From: Wallemia ichthyophaga EXF-994
Taxonomy: Eukaryota; Fungi; Basidiomycota
Assembly: GCF_000400465.1 (NCBI RefSeq)
Contig: NW_008806275.1
Span: 120,001 to 152,000 of the forward strand
DNA: 32,000 bases
Direction of reading: 5' to 3'
Position numbers and translations under genes: made by a program. The notes below the pieces were generated by a model. The model was not told the DNA's origin. It saw only the letters and a list, made by a program, of their open reading frames with translations, and did no database searches. Every line of letters begins with the position of its first letter. Within the stretch, counting starts at the first letter, position 1. Positions 1 to 10,799 of this stretch are shown here, one piece after another.

Positions 1-337
1 ATCTGGGTAATTGAGGAGGCATATACGGGGAGTAGACTGAGGTGAATGATATTAGAATTCTTAATATTAATCCACTAAAACCCACCTTTAGTGAATCCAA
101 ATGAATGCTTGCATATTTCGCAGTGTTCTTTCTTCGTAACTTTTAGCCATTCCCTTAGGCAATCTTGATGTACATATTTCAAGCTACCTGAGCATTTACA
201 TGGATGATATAAACTTCTACCTTCTTCTGAGCTGCAACGACAGATTCTGCAGACGTCTACAAGGTAGATATTAGTATGAGATGGATAACGCGTAAAAACC
301 ACAACTCACCCTCATCGTCTAAAGCAGTATCCTGCAT
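1..337 (-). CDS. SSM4: RING-CH (RINGv) E3 ubiquitin ligase, Doa10/Ssm4/MARCH6 family, 5' part only (runs off the window start)
   Basis: The spliced N-terminus reads MQDTALDDE|DVCRICRCSSEEGRSLYHPCKCSGSLKYVHQDCLREWL...HCEICKHSFGFTK|VYSPYMPPQLP. This is a C4HC3 RINGv placed at the extreme N-terminus and followed by the YSPxMP motif typical of Doa10/MARCH6. ATG is at 337 and there are two GT-AG introns. Confidence 0.85.
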
Positions 338-456
338 TTTAATTATTTTTTATTTCTACAGAATTCCACGATGATGATATTTCGGGGACAAGTGATTATC
401 TAGTCGCGTTCAATCGTACCTTCACGAGTAAATTCAGTAAATTGAGTAACTTACAA

Positions 457-1051
457 ATGTCTGCTAAGGATGTAAGTGGGGGATTTCTTTAAGGTCCAAT
501 TAACTGATATCCACTCAGTATTACCACGCTGGTGGCCCACAATACGTCAGTATATCAAATTGCTTGGCGTGCATTTCATTTAGTCTAATTGATCACAGCC
601 ACCAAATTCTTATTCTCAACAACCTCCTCAAGGTGGCCAGGGCGGCTATTATCCTCCTCCTCCTCCTAATCAAGGCTATGGTGTGTTTGGTGGTCCAGCT
701 CCTCACATATCTAACACACATTTAAGGCGGTGGTGGCTATCAACAGCCATATGGTCAACAACCTTACCCAAATCAACAATATCCTCAACAGCCTGGTGTA
801 AGTTGCGATGCACTCCCACTTTAACCTAATCATCTAATCGTATGTTTCAAGTACCAGCAACCTATGTACGTAGCTCAAGGCAAGCACGGTAAACAATCTG
901 GTGGTATGGGTGGTATGGGCTCAGGTGGTGGCTGCATGGGTGAGGTTTTTCATCAATAACTAATTCATTCACCTGACGATCCCTTTCAGCCGCTTTAGCT
1001 GCATGCTGTGCAGGTGTTCTCGGCTGTTTATGCTTAGACGCTATTTTCTAA
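457..1051 (+). CDS. Small Q/P/G/Y-rich protein with a C-terminal cysteine-rich transmembrane (CYSTM-like) tail; six exons, absent from the ORF track
   Basis: Hand-spliced exons (457-471, 519-545, 599 onward) join in frame to MSAKDYYHAGGPQYPPNSYSQQPPQGGQGGYYPPPPP...GGGCMAALAACCAGVLGCLCLDAIF*. All five introns are GT-AG with branch-like motifs. The C-terminal CC..C.C hydrophobic tail matches the CYSTM architecture. Confidence 0.8.
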
Positions 1052-1208
1052 TCTTACTTGTCTGAACCGCTCGTTGTAAAATATTCACCTCGATTTCAAG
1101 GTAACATAGCCTAACTTGATTCAAAACTATTTATTGTTAATATACATTTACATTACTTTATATCTATACAGTTGAGTAATCCCTTATCTCTCCTTCATTC
1201 TCATCTTT

Positions 1209-3700
1209 TCACCGACAATGCTCAGCGTCTCCGGACGGATTGAGAAACCAGATCGGTACTATGACCAGAATCCAAGGTAGTGCCAAATAGGCGAAAAATG
1301 CAGAGATACTAGTACCTGCGTCCAATGCAGCACTTAGTATAAAATTGTTTGCATACCACGTTGGATATTTCCTCCTAACTACATACTGTGATATATATCC
1401 TACGATAAGCAATGACACTATCACGTTTGCAGGCATTTGAGGCACCAAATTTGCTCCAAACAATATCAGGGGAAATGATATATGCTTGAATCCAAGCCTT
1501 GGATAGCGCTTATGAACTGCCCACGTCAATATTGGCAATATCAATCCCAATATAAACCCGCTTATCAGTAATACCTTGTACTTCCCCACAAAAAATCTTG
1601 CAGGTCCTACCAATCCCCAAATAACTGATGCAGAGAACATTATACGCGGTGATCTTCCTGTGTATTGACCTGTCGGATCAACTAGAGTACCGTCGAGGTA
1701 TGGTCGCTTGGTATCAATGACATTTTGTAGAACAACAAAATTCACAATTGCTCCAATTGCTGTGCCGATATATTGACATATAAATACATCCTTTTGAGGA
1801 CAATGAATCATCATCCCTAGCTTGGAGTCCTCAATCAGATCCAATGATTGAGACAGAGAATTGTACGCGAATGTTTTGAAGACGGCGTTAGCCACTGGCT
1901 TACCCGGCATTATATAACCTATCACTAGCTCTGAAAGTACGTTCAATCCAATGCTCTGACCGCTAACAGCTCTAATAATACCAAGTGGTATCAAGCACAC
2001 GGCTGCCATTAGCACTGATAGCGACAAGGCCCAGAATGGTAACTGAATGATAGGTTGGGCGCATGCGATAGCAGCGACGACGAATGTGATAACGAAAGTA
2101 GATATGTAGTATGATTTTGGTACTGATTGTGCCACCTCCTCTTGACTGGTTTTTTCCTTTCTCGCTGATAAGAGAGAAGCCTTGATATCTCCCGAATACC
2201 ACAAGATAACGTGAACAATTGTAGCTGTGAATGTTGCGAATGAGCACAAGTAGAATACACTAAAGTATGGTGTCAGAAGTAATGGTTTTTGCTGATCCCA
2301 GCTATTCAAATCGAGCTTTAGATCAGGTGTCAATACACCTTGAACATCGAACGCTTGGTGATTCTTCGTAAATAGCCCGGTCGACATTGGCAGGTCGAAT
2401 GAGAGGGCGTTCCAAAAATCTGTAAAATATATCAACGGTCCGACTATCCACACCATTCCCACCAGACCAGCGCACATGTTGAACAGTGCATCAGGGGGTG
2501 TGTAGAGAGGGCCCAAGGATGACAATGCAGACCAATCAAGACTAAAATCGAGCATTCCAAAACCCTGATAGCCACTACCAAGCGTGCGCATAACCCAGTT
2601 GTTGGAAAAATAGCATAAAAATGCGATGCTCGTTAGTGTTGGTGCGAAAAGGGAAGGAAGAAGCTGGTATAATATGACCTGAAGCTATTTCAGCAATTTG
2701 GTAGATATCCCAAAGTGAAAGACTAACTGCAACGAAGGAAACGATGAAAAATTTAAGTTTCTTGTCTACCTTTGACCTCTTGAGTTGATTGGTTTCATGA
2801 AGCGTGGTCAATACGCTGATAGTGGGTAGGTTGGCTGGATATACCATCTATGCAATACACGTTAGGCGTGAATGGTGAATATGATCAAGACTTACATTGA
2901 GTGGTTTGACCAAGATGTTGTATCCCAAACCGGCAAACGAGTATCCAATGAATTGGGATGTCAAAATGAGGGCAACAGCGACCCAGGTCGGGAAGTCGAC
3001 TTTAAAGTAGAGTGTGCAGATAGCCAAAACATCAGAAGCATAAGCAGCAGTCCCGCTAAAATACTTGTTAGTAAAACAATAAGCTAGTCATACACCTTTT
3101 CCCACCCGCTAGTTGCTAAAATGCTTATTAAACAATGCTCCTTGATGTTGAAGGTGCCAGGATTAAGGTTGATACCGAGGAAACGGCGGTGCGGCATCGA
3201 CTTTTCCATCAGTTTTCCAACGGGATAAGAGCTGAGTAGAACAATGAAGGGGTTCCATTGAGGTGCATTGTCCTGACTGTGTCAGCCACGGGAGAGAAAA
3301 GTTAAACACGGTCGTACCTGGAGAATGCTGTGAGCAAGCGTATATACATGCACTCACACCCACCTTAAAGTAAAATAGCTGCGAGAACGCCGCCCTAACA
3401 TCCCAATCAGCTGGAACCGGAATAAGATCGGATGACGCACCCAAGACTAACAAAGACGGAGCCAATGACGATGACTCTAATTGTGAGTGTAGGGAGTGAA
3501 GGATCATCAGATTCTGGTACGATTGCTGTTACAGCGTCGATAATCGAGCTGTGCCTCGAGCGAGCTCGTTGGCCATCCTTAGGCAACTGTACACGCTCAG
3601 AACCAGCCAGCGGTTCCAATTCAAAGTGATCAAAATCATTGCCACGGTCATCACCCTCGTTATCGCTCTCACTGTCATTCGCTAGCCTGTCATATCTCAT
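1209..3700 (-). CDS. OPT-family oligopeptide transporter, multi-exon
   Basis: The motifs SDDPSLPTLTIRV, NPGTFNIKEH, KLG..H.P, LIEDSKLG and SAALDAGT are present with many hydrophobic segments. The exons in 2591-3700 can be joined in frame. Confidence 0.92.
3273..3363 (-). other. 91-nt compound intron in the OPT gene made of two complete intron-like units (46 nt and 45 nt)
   Basis: On the minus strand the sequence is AAG|GTGGGT GTGAGT...GCTCAC...CTCCAG|GTACGA...GCTGAC ACAGTCAG|GAC AAT. Removing all 91 nt restores the frame FYFK-DNAPQW...NPGTFNIKEH. Confidence 0.65.
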
Positions 3701-3784
3701 GGCCGTTCTCTTTAAAACGTATAATCAACAACTGGATTTGGTAATCTAATGATTCCGCTGCGATCTTCAAGTCATAAGGCTTTA

Positions 3785-4623
3785 ATGGCGGAATATGATA
3801 ATAAGTGGGTCTACGACTTCTCCGGCACCCCGCCCGATTCTCAAATGGCATTGTAAAGTTCACGACGCTATGACGACGACGAGCTGTACTCGAAGCCACC
3901 GATTCGGTGAGTTCAATCTTGGTCGTGATATACACACAGCTAAATGTTATATTTACAGCGCACTGAGGCAGCGACTAGTACGTGATGCAAGCAGGTTCGT
4001 TGGACAGCAACGGATAAACTGTCTTCTTGAAGGCGCATGGTTCAAGTGAGCTGAAATGCGTATTTGTAGTCAGCGCTAATGCCTTCGCCCCAGGAATGTT
4101 AAGGAGAGCAGGAATAAACTCAGTGGATACAAGTACTTAAGACTTTCCCCGAATAGGCGACATCTTCACTATATTGACGCATTGGAGACTTGCGATACAC
4201 CAGATGGCCTTGATAGTATTCCAGATTTCATTAATTTGGATTCAATCACATCCGTTCAGTCCAAACTCGCTGGATCATCCACAGCTAGCCTCACCTCGAC
4301 GATAAACATCCTCACTTTCGTTTCTAAGCAGGCTGTCGTCGCTGAGCTTATCCCAGTTACTGCTTCCCAATACTCGGAATGGTACGATGGTTTGCGCTAT
4401 ATCCTCGACGAATCCTCGTCTATGACGGGCCAGTCGAGTGATTTGGTAAATGTAAGACACTCTGTCGCTCTCTTTAACTACTCACTCTACTTCACAGACG
4501 CTCACAGATCTCGGCGTAAAGATCAAGCTTCTCGATCTCGCTGGTGAGAATATGGATATACCAAACAACATCCCAACGCCTCCTCCGCCACGCGACACAA
4601 ACTTTTTCTTTGCAGACAGTTGA
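3785..4623 (+). CDS. ELMO/CED-12 C-terminal module only (PH domain plus proline-rich tail), about 212 aa
   Basis: Exons 3785-3804, 3859-3906, 3959-4045, 4094-4451 and 4498-4623 give ...LYSKPPIRALRQRL...FVGQQRINCLLEGAWFK...YLRLSPNRRHLHY...EWYDGLRYIL...LTDLGVKIKLLDLAGENMDIPNNIPTPPPPRDTNFFFADS*. This matches the ELMO1 C-terminus pattern (QQRLNRLVEGTCF; RLSPNHKVLHY; IKLRLLDLENIQIP..PPPIP). The first exon is the least certain (weak branch point, AAG acceptor). Confidence 0.8.
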
Positions 4624-4692
4624 ATGATTGGAATAGATAGTACATTGCTCTTTCTTCTTTTTTTCTTTTTTTCTTCCCTCTTTTAGGCATAA

Positions 4693-7600
4693 TCAACTAG
4701 CTGATGGTGGTGGTGTAGCTTGCCCAGCGGGAATATCATCGAAAATTCTGAGTATTTGAGACTTGGGTGCTTTGCGCAAAACAAAGTCATACAATCCTGG
4801 TCGCAGCGTCGGTTGCTTTTTGACTAAATCCTTGAGCGTATCTTGAGGCAACTGGAGCAAAGCGCCGAAAGATGCAGGTGCTATTACTTTTGCACAGCGT
4901 ACGAATCCCTCCCACATTACAGGCATCAGCCAGATCTTCCTTGTTATCAACCTTGAGAACAAGTTTGTCGATACAAATGGCACGAGTGTTTTATATGTCG
5001 TAACTGCTTGTATCACAGTGCGCATGAAGAGCTTAGGTAGTACCTTGACTTCAGACATTGATTGCATGAAAATTGCCAAAACATCTGATCTAAATATGTC
5101 TGTGAGCGAGAAACAAATAGCAATTGCTTGAGTGTTTTGTTAGATTTACGAGTCGCAACGTGAACGGAATACCCACCAATTATAGTCTCCTTCAGACCGA
5201 TCTCAGTCTCACGCTCATGAAGTATTGTCAGCAGCTCAGCCGGTGTTATCTTATCTGGCTTATCCTTATCGACACGGACGACGTTGGTATTCACACTACC
5301 GAATGATTGAGGAGGTTCCACAACGGAGCTAAAGACAGTCCTGATGAGTTGCTTATTTTCCTCGCTCTTGAGAAGTTTAACGATGCGGGGTAATTCAGCA
5401 ATAATTTCATCCTTGAGGAGTTGTTAACCTTGCTATATTCTCAGTAAAACACTTACCTTTGAAAGCTCCTGCAAAATGGGTATGACGAAGCGCGGATCAA
5501 TTTTACCTTCACGTTCAGCGCTCAACTCTCTTATAAACTTAACGAGCTCAGCACTAGGTTTCTCTTTGCCAAAGTCAGTCAACACGTTCAAGATGCGTAG
5601 TGCTAATGGCTCAGAATCCTGATCGAAAGTTTTCAAAATAACCAACAGATTCTGATTCGAAGAACCCAATCCTCTGATCATAGGTGTGAGCGCTTTTTCG
5701 AACGAATCTTTAAGTTCTGGAGATAGTCTCGTGTAAACAATAAAAATATCTTTAAGAATTTCCGTTTGTCTCAAACACAACGAGAAGACTAATTCTGATC
5801 TCTCCAAAATCCTTGTGTCGATGGCAGCAGCGCGCTCTTTGGGAGATAATGTTACTCCCTCTTCATGGCTCTCTTTCTGAGAATTCTCTGACGCACCACC
5901 GTCTTGCTTCATAGGCTGATCATCATTATCCAGCTTTACGTCTGCCTCTTGATTAATTCCAAAATCAGTTCGCGTACCATCTTCTTCTTTCTTCACGTCG
6001 AGACTCGAAAGGAAAGTTTGCTGGTCCTGATACAAGCTGTGAAGAGATTTCAAGGCATGATCGAGAACAATAGGCGTGAGCTTCTCGTTATCCGGAACCC
6101 ACTTCCTGACAGAGTTGACAGCCGCTCGACGCGTTTTCAAATCAGGATGCACGGCGAGCGTGAGCAGTATCTCAAGTGAAGCCTGTCGCACCGGCAAGCG
6201 CATCGCGACTAGTTCCCTGAGTATAATAAATCCCACTGGGGCCTTCAAACTCTCACTATCTAAGCAAATCTTATGCACTTTATTCAAAGAATCCTGACTA
6301 ATGATTGGCAAATCCATCACAAATTTGACGAAAGCCGCGCTTGTTATATTGGAATTATTGTTCGATAATTGCGTAATCTGACGATCAATAATATGCGACA
6401 GTAACTCATTGTATCCATCCAGACTCGCATTCTCTTCTGTATCTTTGAGCAAGGTATAATTGAACCACTCTTCATTGAGCCAGAGAATAGCAATGTTGTA
6501 TCGTCTGTCGAAGTCCATACTGATAAAATCTATTAATGTCTCCCGAGCGCGTTTCTCTAATTGTAACTGCTCGTCTTGGATATGGTTTCCAACGTACGAC
6601 AGACCGCGAGTGAGCAACCTTACTAAAACAACAGACCACAGATCCCTGCCTTGAAATTTTAACGTTGACTTGCGAATATCTTCATCTGCAGTCTCGGTAA
6701 GAGCACTGTGTGGGATAGATTTACATATCCTTCCGATAGCATTCCTGATCACGAGTAATCTATCTCTTTTATCGAGGTTGGTTGGATGTTGCACTTTTTG
6801 CATGGCGCTAAGCAGAGACTGAGCTTTTGATTTAACACCTTGCATTCTGGTGGCACCCTGTTCATTTTCGCTGTGATTCTGATTCTGACTCTGACTCTGG
6901 ATGGCTTGCTGTGCCTCTCCAAATGGCGCCACAGTGTCATTGAGGTTTCTATTAATCCCTTCCACATCATCTTCCAATTCGTCATCGTCTATATCTACCT
7001 TTAGCGGATCGATAGGCTTTTCGTCAACATCCATCCCATCTTGCGCAAATGGTTGCGATTGTGGCTCTAGTTGTCTAGATGGACCTGGCTGTGGACGAGA
7101 TGGTAATACATGGGTGGTGGATTGGGAACTCTCTTCCGTCTTGATTCTCTCTCTCGACTTATTTATTGCATTTTCAAGACTTTGTTTGCTGACTTTCTCA
7201 AGACTCTCTATAAGCCCATCAATGACACTCTCGAGTGGGAGCTTCGTCACGTCAATGTCCATCCTAGATGAGCTGTCAGCAAAGACTGAAGGCAAGTGGT
7301 CATTTGTACGCTGACGCTTAAGATCTAAAGATTTAAGACTTGGAGTTTCAGCCATTGCACGCTTCATAGCCTTCTTCCTCGATTGCTCATCCCTAGTAAG
7401 CTGCTCAATCCGCTGAGCTTGCTTCGACAGGGACTCCATAACGGTTGGTGTGCTGTTACCAGTGAGGCCAAGTTTAACGAGATGTTTGAGCACGCCATAG
7501 AGCAACTTATCGACAGATTTGAGCTGAGAAGGATTCGTGACCATAGTCTGGAGGGGTGCCGGAGTCCAAGTCGCGAGAGCTGGTGCGATTGCAGCTGCGT

Positions 7601-8234
7601 ACTGAGGCCGCTGTCTGGCCAAAACACCCAATATATTAATAGTCGCTGTAACGATGGATAGCTTTTGTGGGGTAAATATCAAAGTAAGGAGGGAGTGTAG
7701 TGTGCGAGTATTCTCACTCTCGAGGGCTCTTGTGTCGATGAAGGGGTGATTGCCAGCTATGAGAGATACGTTGACATCCCTCGACGATGTTCTGCCTTGT
7801 GGACGCGATTGGACGACGATGGACCGTTGGGCAAACTTGATAGCAGACAGACGTAGACTGAGTGGAGCGTGTTTCTGCTCAACCAAAGCAAATATCGCTG
7901 ATTTTACGCTTTGCAGCTTATTCCAGCCTTGTGGCTGCCCTTGATTAACCGCGCTGTGTGCAAGGTCAGAATCGGCCGTATTGAATCAACAGAACGCACG
8001 AGAATTTAAGAATATGATGGTATGCGGAGGCCAAGCAGAGAATAGCGTGCTGTCTGTGCAGAGGATCTACGCTCTCGTCGCGGAAGATGGTGATGAGTAC
8101 ATCGAGAGATTGGACAGCGACTGGAATTGGGTGAGATGAGGAGTATAATAGACGCAAACCCAACTTATTGGATCGAGTCCGCTATTATCCAGCGCCTGCT
8201 TGAGCGGTGGTAGCAATTCAGCTGGGTCGACCAT
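4693..8234 (-). CDS. PTA1: Symplekin/Pta1, scaffold of the mRNA 3'-end cleavage and polyadenylation complex
   Basis: The long helical ORF 5433-7886 joins C-terminal exons with symplekin-C motifs (ITPAELLTILH, LPKLFMRTVIQA, LITRKIW..PVMWEGFVRCA..IAPASFGALLQLP). The spliced start MVDPAELLPP is at 8234. Confidence 0.88.
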
Positions 8235-8295
8235 CAGTCGTCGTTGTCGCTGTTCAAGATGTATAAATAATTATTTATTATGTAATTTAAATTAT

Positions 8296-10219
8296 TTAGC
8301 CAGGCGTCGATGGCGACGAGAAGCCCTTATAGATGGGTGCTGCAGATAGCGGCATTTGAGCTTGACTGGAAGGCGGTGGATTAGAAGAATGCGTTTCGCG
8401 TGACTTGTTGCTTGAAATGTCTGTAAGCGTTATAATGAGCAAATATCATCCACAAGTCACCCAACTCACACCACGAAGGAGTCCATCCGCGTTCTCCATT
8501 TGGCTCTTTCACCACGTAGCACCAGTGGTTATGTTTCTTGTAAACCCTCAGCTTGTCGTCCTTGTGTAGCCCACATTCGTTGTGTGTGTTGGCAGTGTAT
8601 TTTATCAGCGCAGTGGCTGCGTAGCTGTTGCTGAGAATTTGCATCTGAGTGGCATCGTTGGATAGACTGGAGACCTCCAGCAAACACCCCGTAGGCACCC
8701 ATCCAACCTCATTCTTAGCCTGTCTGCGTACAACCCACCATCCTTTGGCTCGTTGCACTATCTCAAATTGATCACTGACATTTACGTCAAATTCATCTTC
8801 TCTATCCGCAGTGTATGGGTATATGGCTATAGCGTAGCCTTGTATCTCCTCACTGCTACAAATTTCAGCGAGTGGTTTACCATTCCGGAAGCTAGTAACG
8901 TTAGCGTTTGCACTGGATAGTGACGAGTGCGGCTGATTACTACTACTGGAGGGTGGAGTGAGGGTATTGTTAGCTTCGCGTCTAGATCGCTGCTTTTGCA
9001 AGGCTATAGATATAGGTGATCTGAAGGAAGTATAAGAATAATAACCATGAAAATTAAAACACCAACCTCAATTCCTTGATATGTCGGAGCATGAAGACGG
9101 GTTGCTGAGACTGTTCTTTTAGCTTCTGGAAGAGCTGCAGAGGACGCTCATCGTATGACAAGCAACGTTCAGTTTTACCATCTTTGAGGGGTGAGAATGA
9201 GAATGAGAGTCCAAGATAAGGAGCAGCCCCACTCACAGCAAATGAACAAGGCATACTTAGTCCAATCATCATCAATTTTGTATTTCTTGAGCGCAGCAGG
9301 GAGGACAGTCCAGCAGCTGTCATCGAGCTTAACTTTTACGTTTGATTTAGCTTTACCAGATCTAGCACGGGATAAATCACCAAGAGAAGCCTGCCTGAGA
9401 AGTCTGGTGGTGTCTTTCAAGTTATTAGAATCCCTGGTATCCTCGTTGTCGTCATCTTTGAGTGTCTCAGATATGTTTGAGGAAGCAGAGGTGGATGAAG
9501 TGTTTGGGGGAGCAGAGCTTGGTGCGGAAGTGGTAGCAGGGGAAACGGTGATAGTCTTTGGAGAAATTTCAAGTTCGGAATCGGGGGATTTGAGCAAGTC
9601 GTCGAGGTGCTTGGAAGGTTTCGAGGAACTATCAGACTTCAAACACATAAGCTCATCGTAAGTAGCTTCGAAGGACTTGAATAACCTCCTGTAATCAGAT
9701 TCCAGAGCGTTTAGTCTATCGTCGTGGACGGACACCTTGTTTATAAGGTTAGATTGGCTGTAAGATGAGGATTTAGATTGGTTTATGGTTTCAGCTAAGA
9801 ATTTGAGTGAGCAAATGTCTTGTTATCTGATAGACTGGAGACATACAAGGTGGTACATAGTGCTCTGGTTCAACAGAAATATCAAAAAAGAGCTTGAGAT
9901 GATAAATTTCACGTAGAATGTTAAGCCTGATTCCAACGGATATAATACCCAGATCCTTGAGTGCTTCATGGTCTAGCAGCGGGTGTTAGCGTGGAACACT
10001 AACGCAAGCAGCAGCTCACCCAAATGAACGAGGATTTCACCAGAAATCTCATTTTCTAGGGGAATTGAGATGATTATGATGATATAAAAGACACACACCT
10101 TTGAACATGTGCAGATGCTGTGGGTAATTGAGCTGCTGTAACCAACATCCGACATCAAAATCACTCCAATTAAGAATATTCTTATTCCTTAGATCTTCAT
10201 TGAGGTTTGGTGGTGTCAT
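8296..10219 (-). CDS. STE50: Ste50/Ubc2-type MAPK adaptor with SAM, Ras-association and two C-terminal SH3 domains
   Basis: The N-terminal SAM reads ILNWSDFDVGCWLQQLNY...NEISGEILVHL.HEALKDLGIISVGIRLNILREIY. The RA domain reads LPAALKKYKIDDDW..YALFIC..TERCLSYDERPLQLFQKLKE...PVFMLRHIK. Two SH3 domains follow (AIAIYPY...GWWVV...GWVP; ALIKY...GWTPSW). This is the layout of Ustilago Ubc2. Confidence 0.88.
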
Positions 10220-10276
10220 TTAAAGCACAAGCTGTTCAATCCAAGCTGCTCAAGCTGTTGGTTGTTATTTACAACG

Positions 10277-10710
10277 ATGAGCTCGAGGTGGGCTACAACA
10301 TAGATTTAAAGAACTCCTCTGACCACTTGAACAGATTCAATTCAGATTCCCATTTACGTGATAGAGCTACCCTGTTCAGCACTCAAAACCGCTCAGATTC
10401 CCCTTTCTATAGCCATACTAGGCCTACGCAGGAAATGGAAAACCAAAATGATCAGCATATTGAAGGCCTATCCAGTAAGGTTAGGTTGCTAAAGGATATT
10501 ACTCTAAATATCGGTCAAGAAGCGAGAGATAGCGCTATCGAATTGGGCAGTATGAACGACAGCTTCGACTCCACAGGTAACCTCTTATCAACCACAATGA
10601 CTAGACTCAAGCACATGTCAACAAAGCAGAGTGGCAGATGTTGGATTTACACCGTCTTCTTCTTTCTAATTTTTTGGATTTTCATTATAACGTGGTTCTT
10701 AAGGCGGTAA
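10277..10710 (+). CDS. BET1: Bet1/Sft1-like Qc-SNARE with a C-terminal transmembrane anchor
   Basis: The sequence EMENQNDQHIEGLSSKVRLLKDITLNIGQEARDS is a SNARE heptad and is followed by a C-terminal hydrophobic anchor. ATG is at 10277 and a 47-nt intron (10288-10334) gives MSSRFNSDSH. Confidence 0.88.
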
Positions 10711-10799
10711 TACGTGAATATCCAAGACACTTTAAAAATACCCTGTAATTTATTCTATACAAATGCTATAAATACTGTCCCAAGGTTTGGTTCTCCCTT

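Noticed and set aside
9191-9661. 156-aa plus-strand ORF
   Set aside because: It is the antisense shadow of the Ser-rich STE50 exon.
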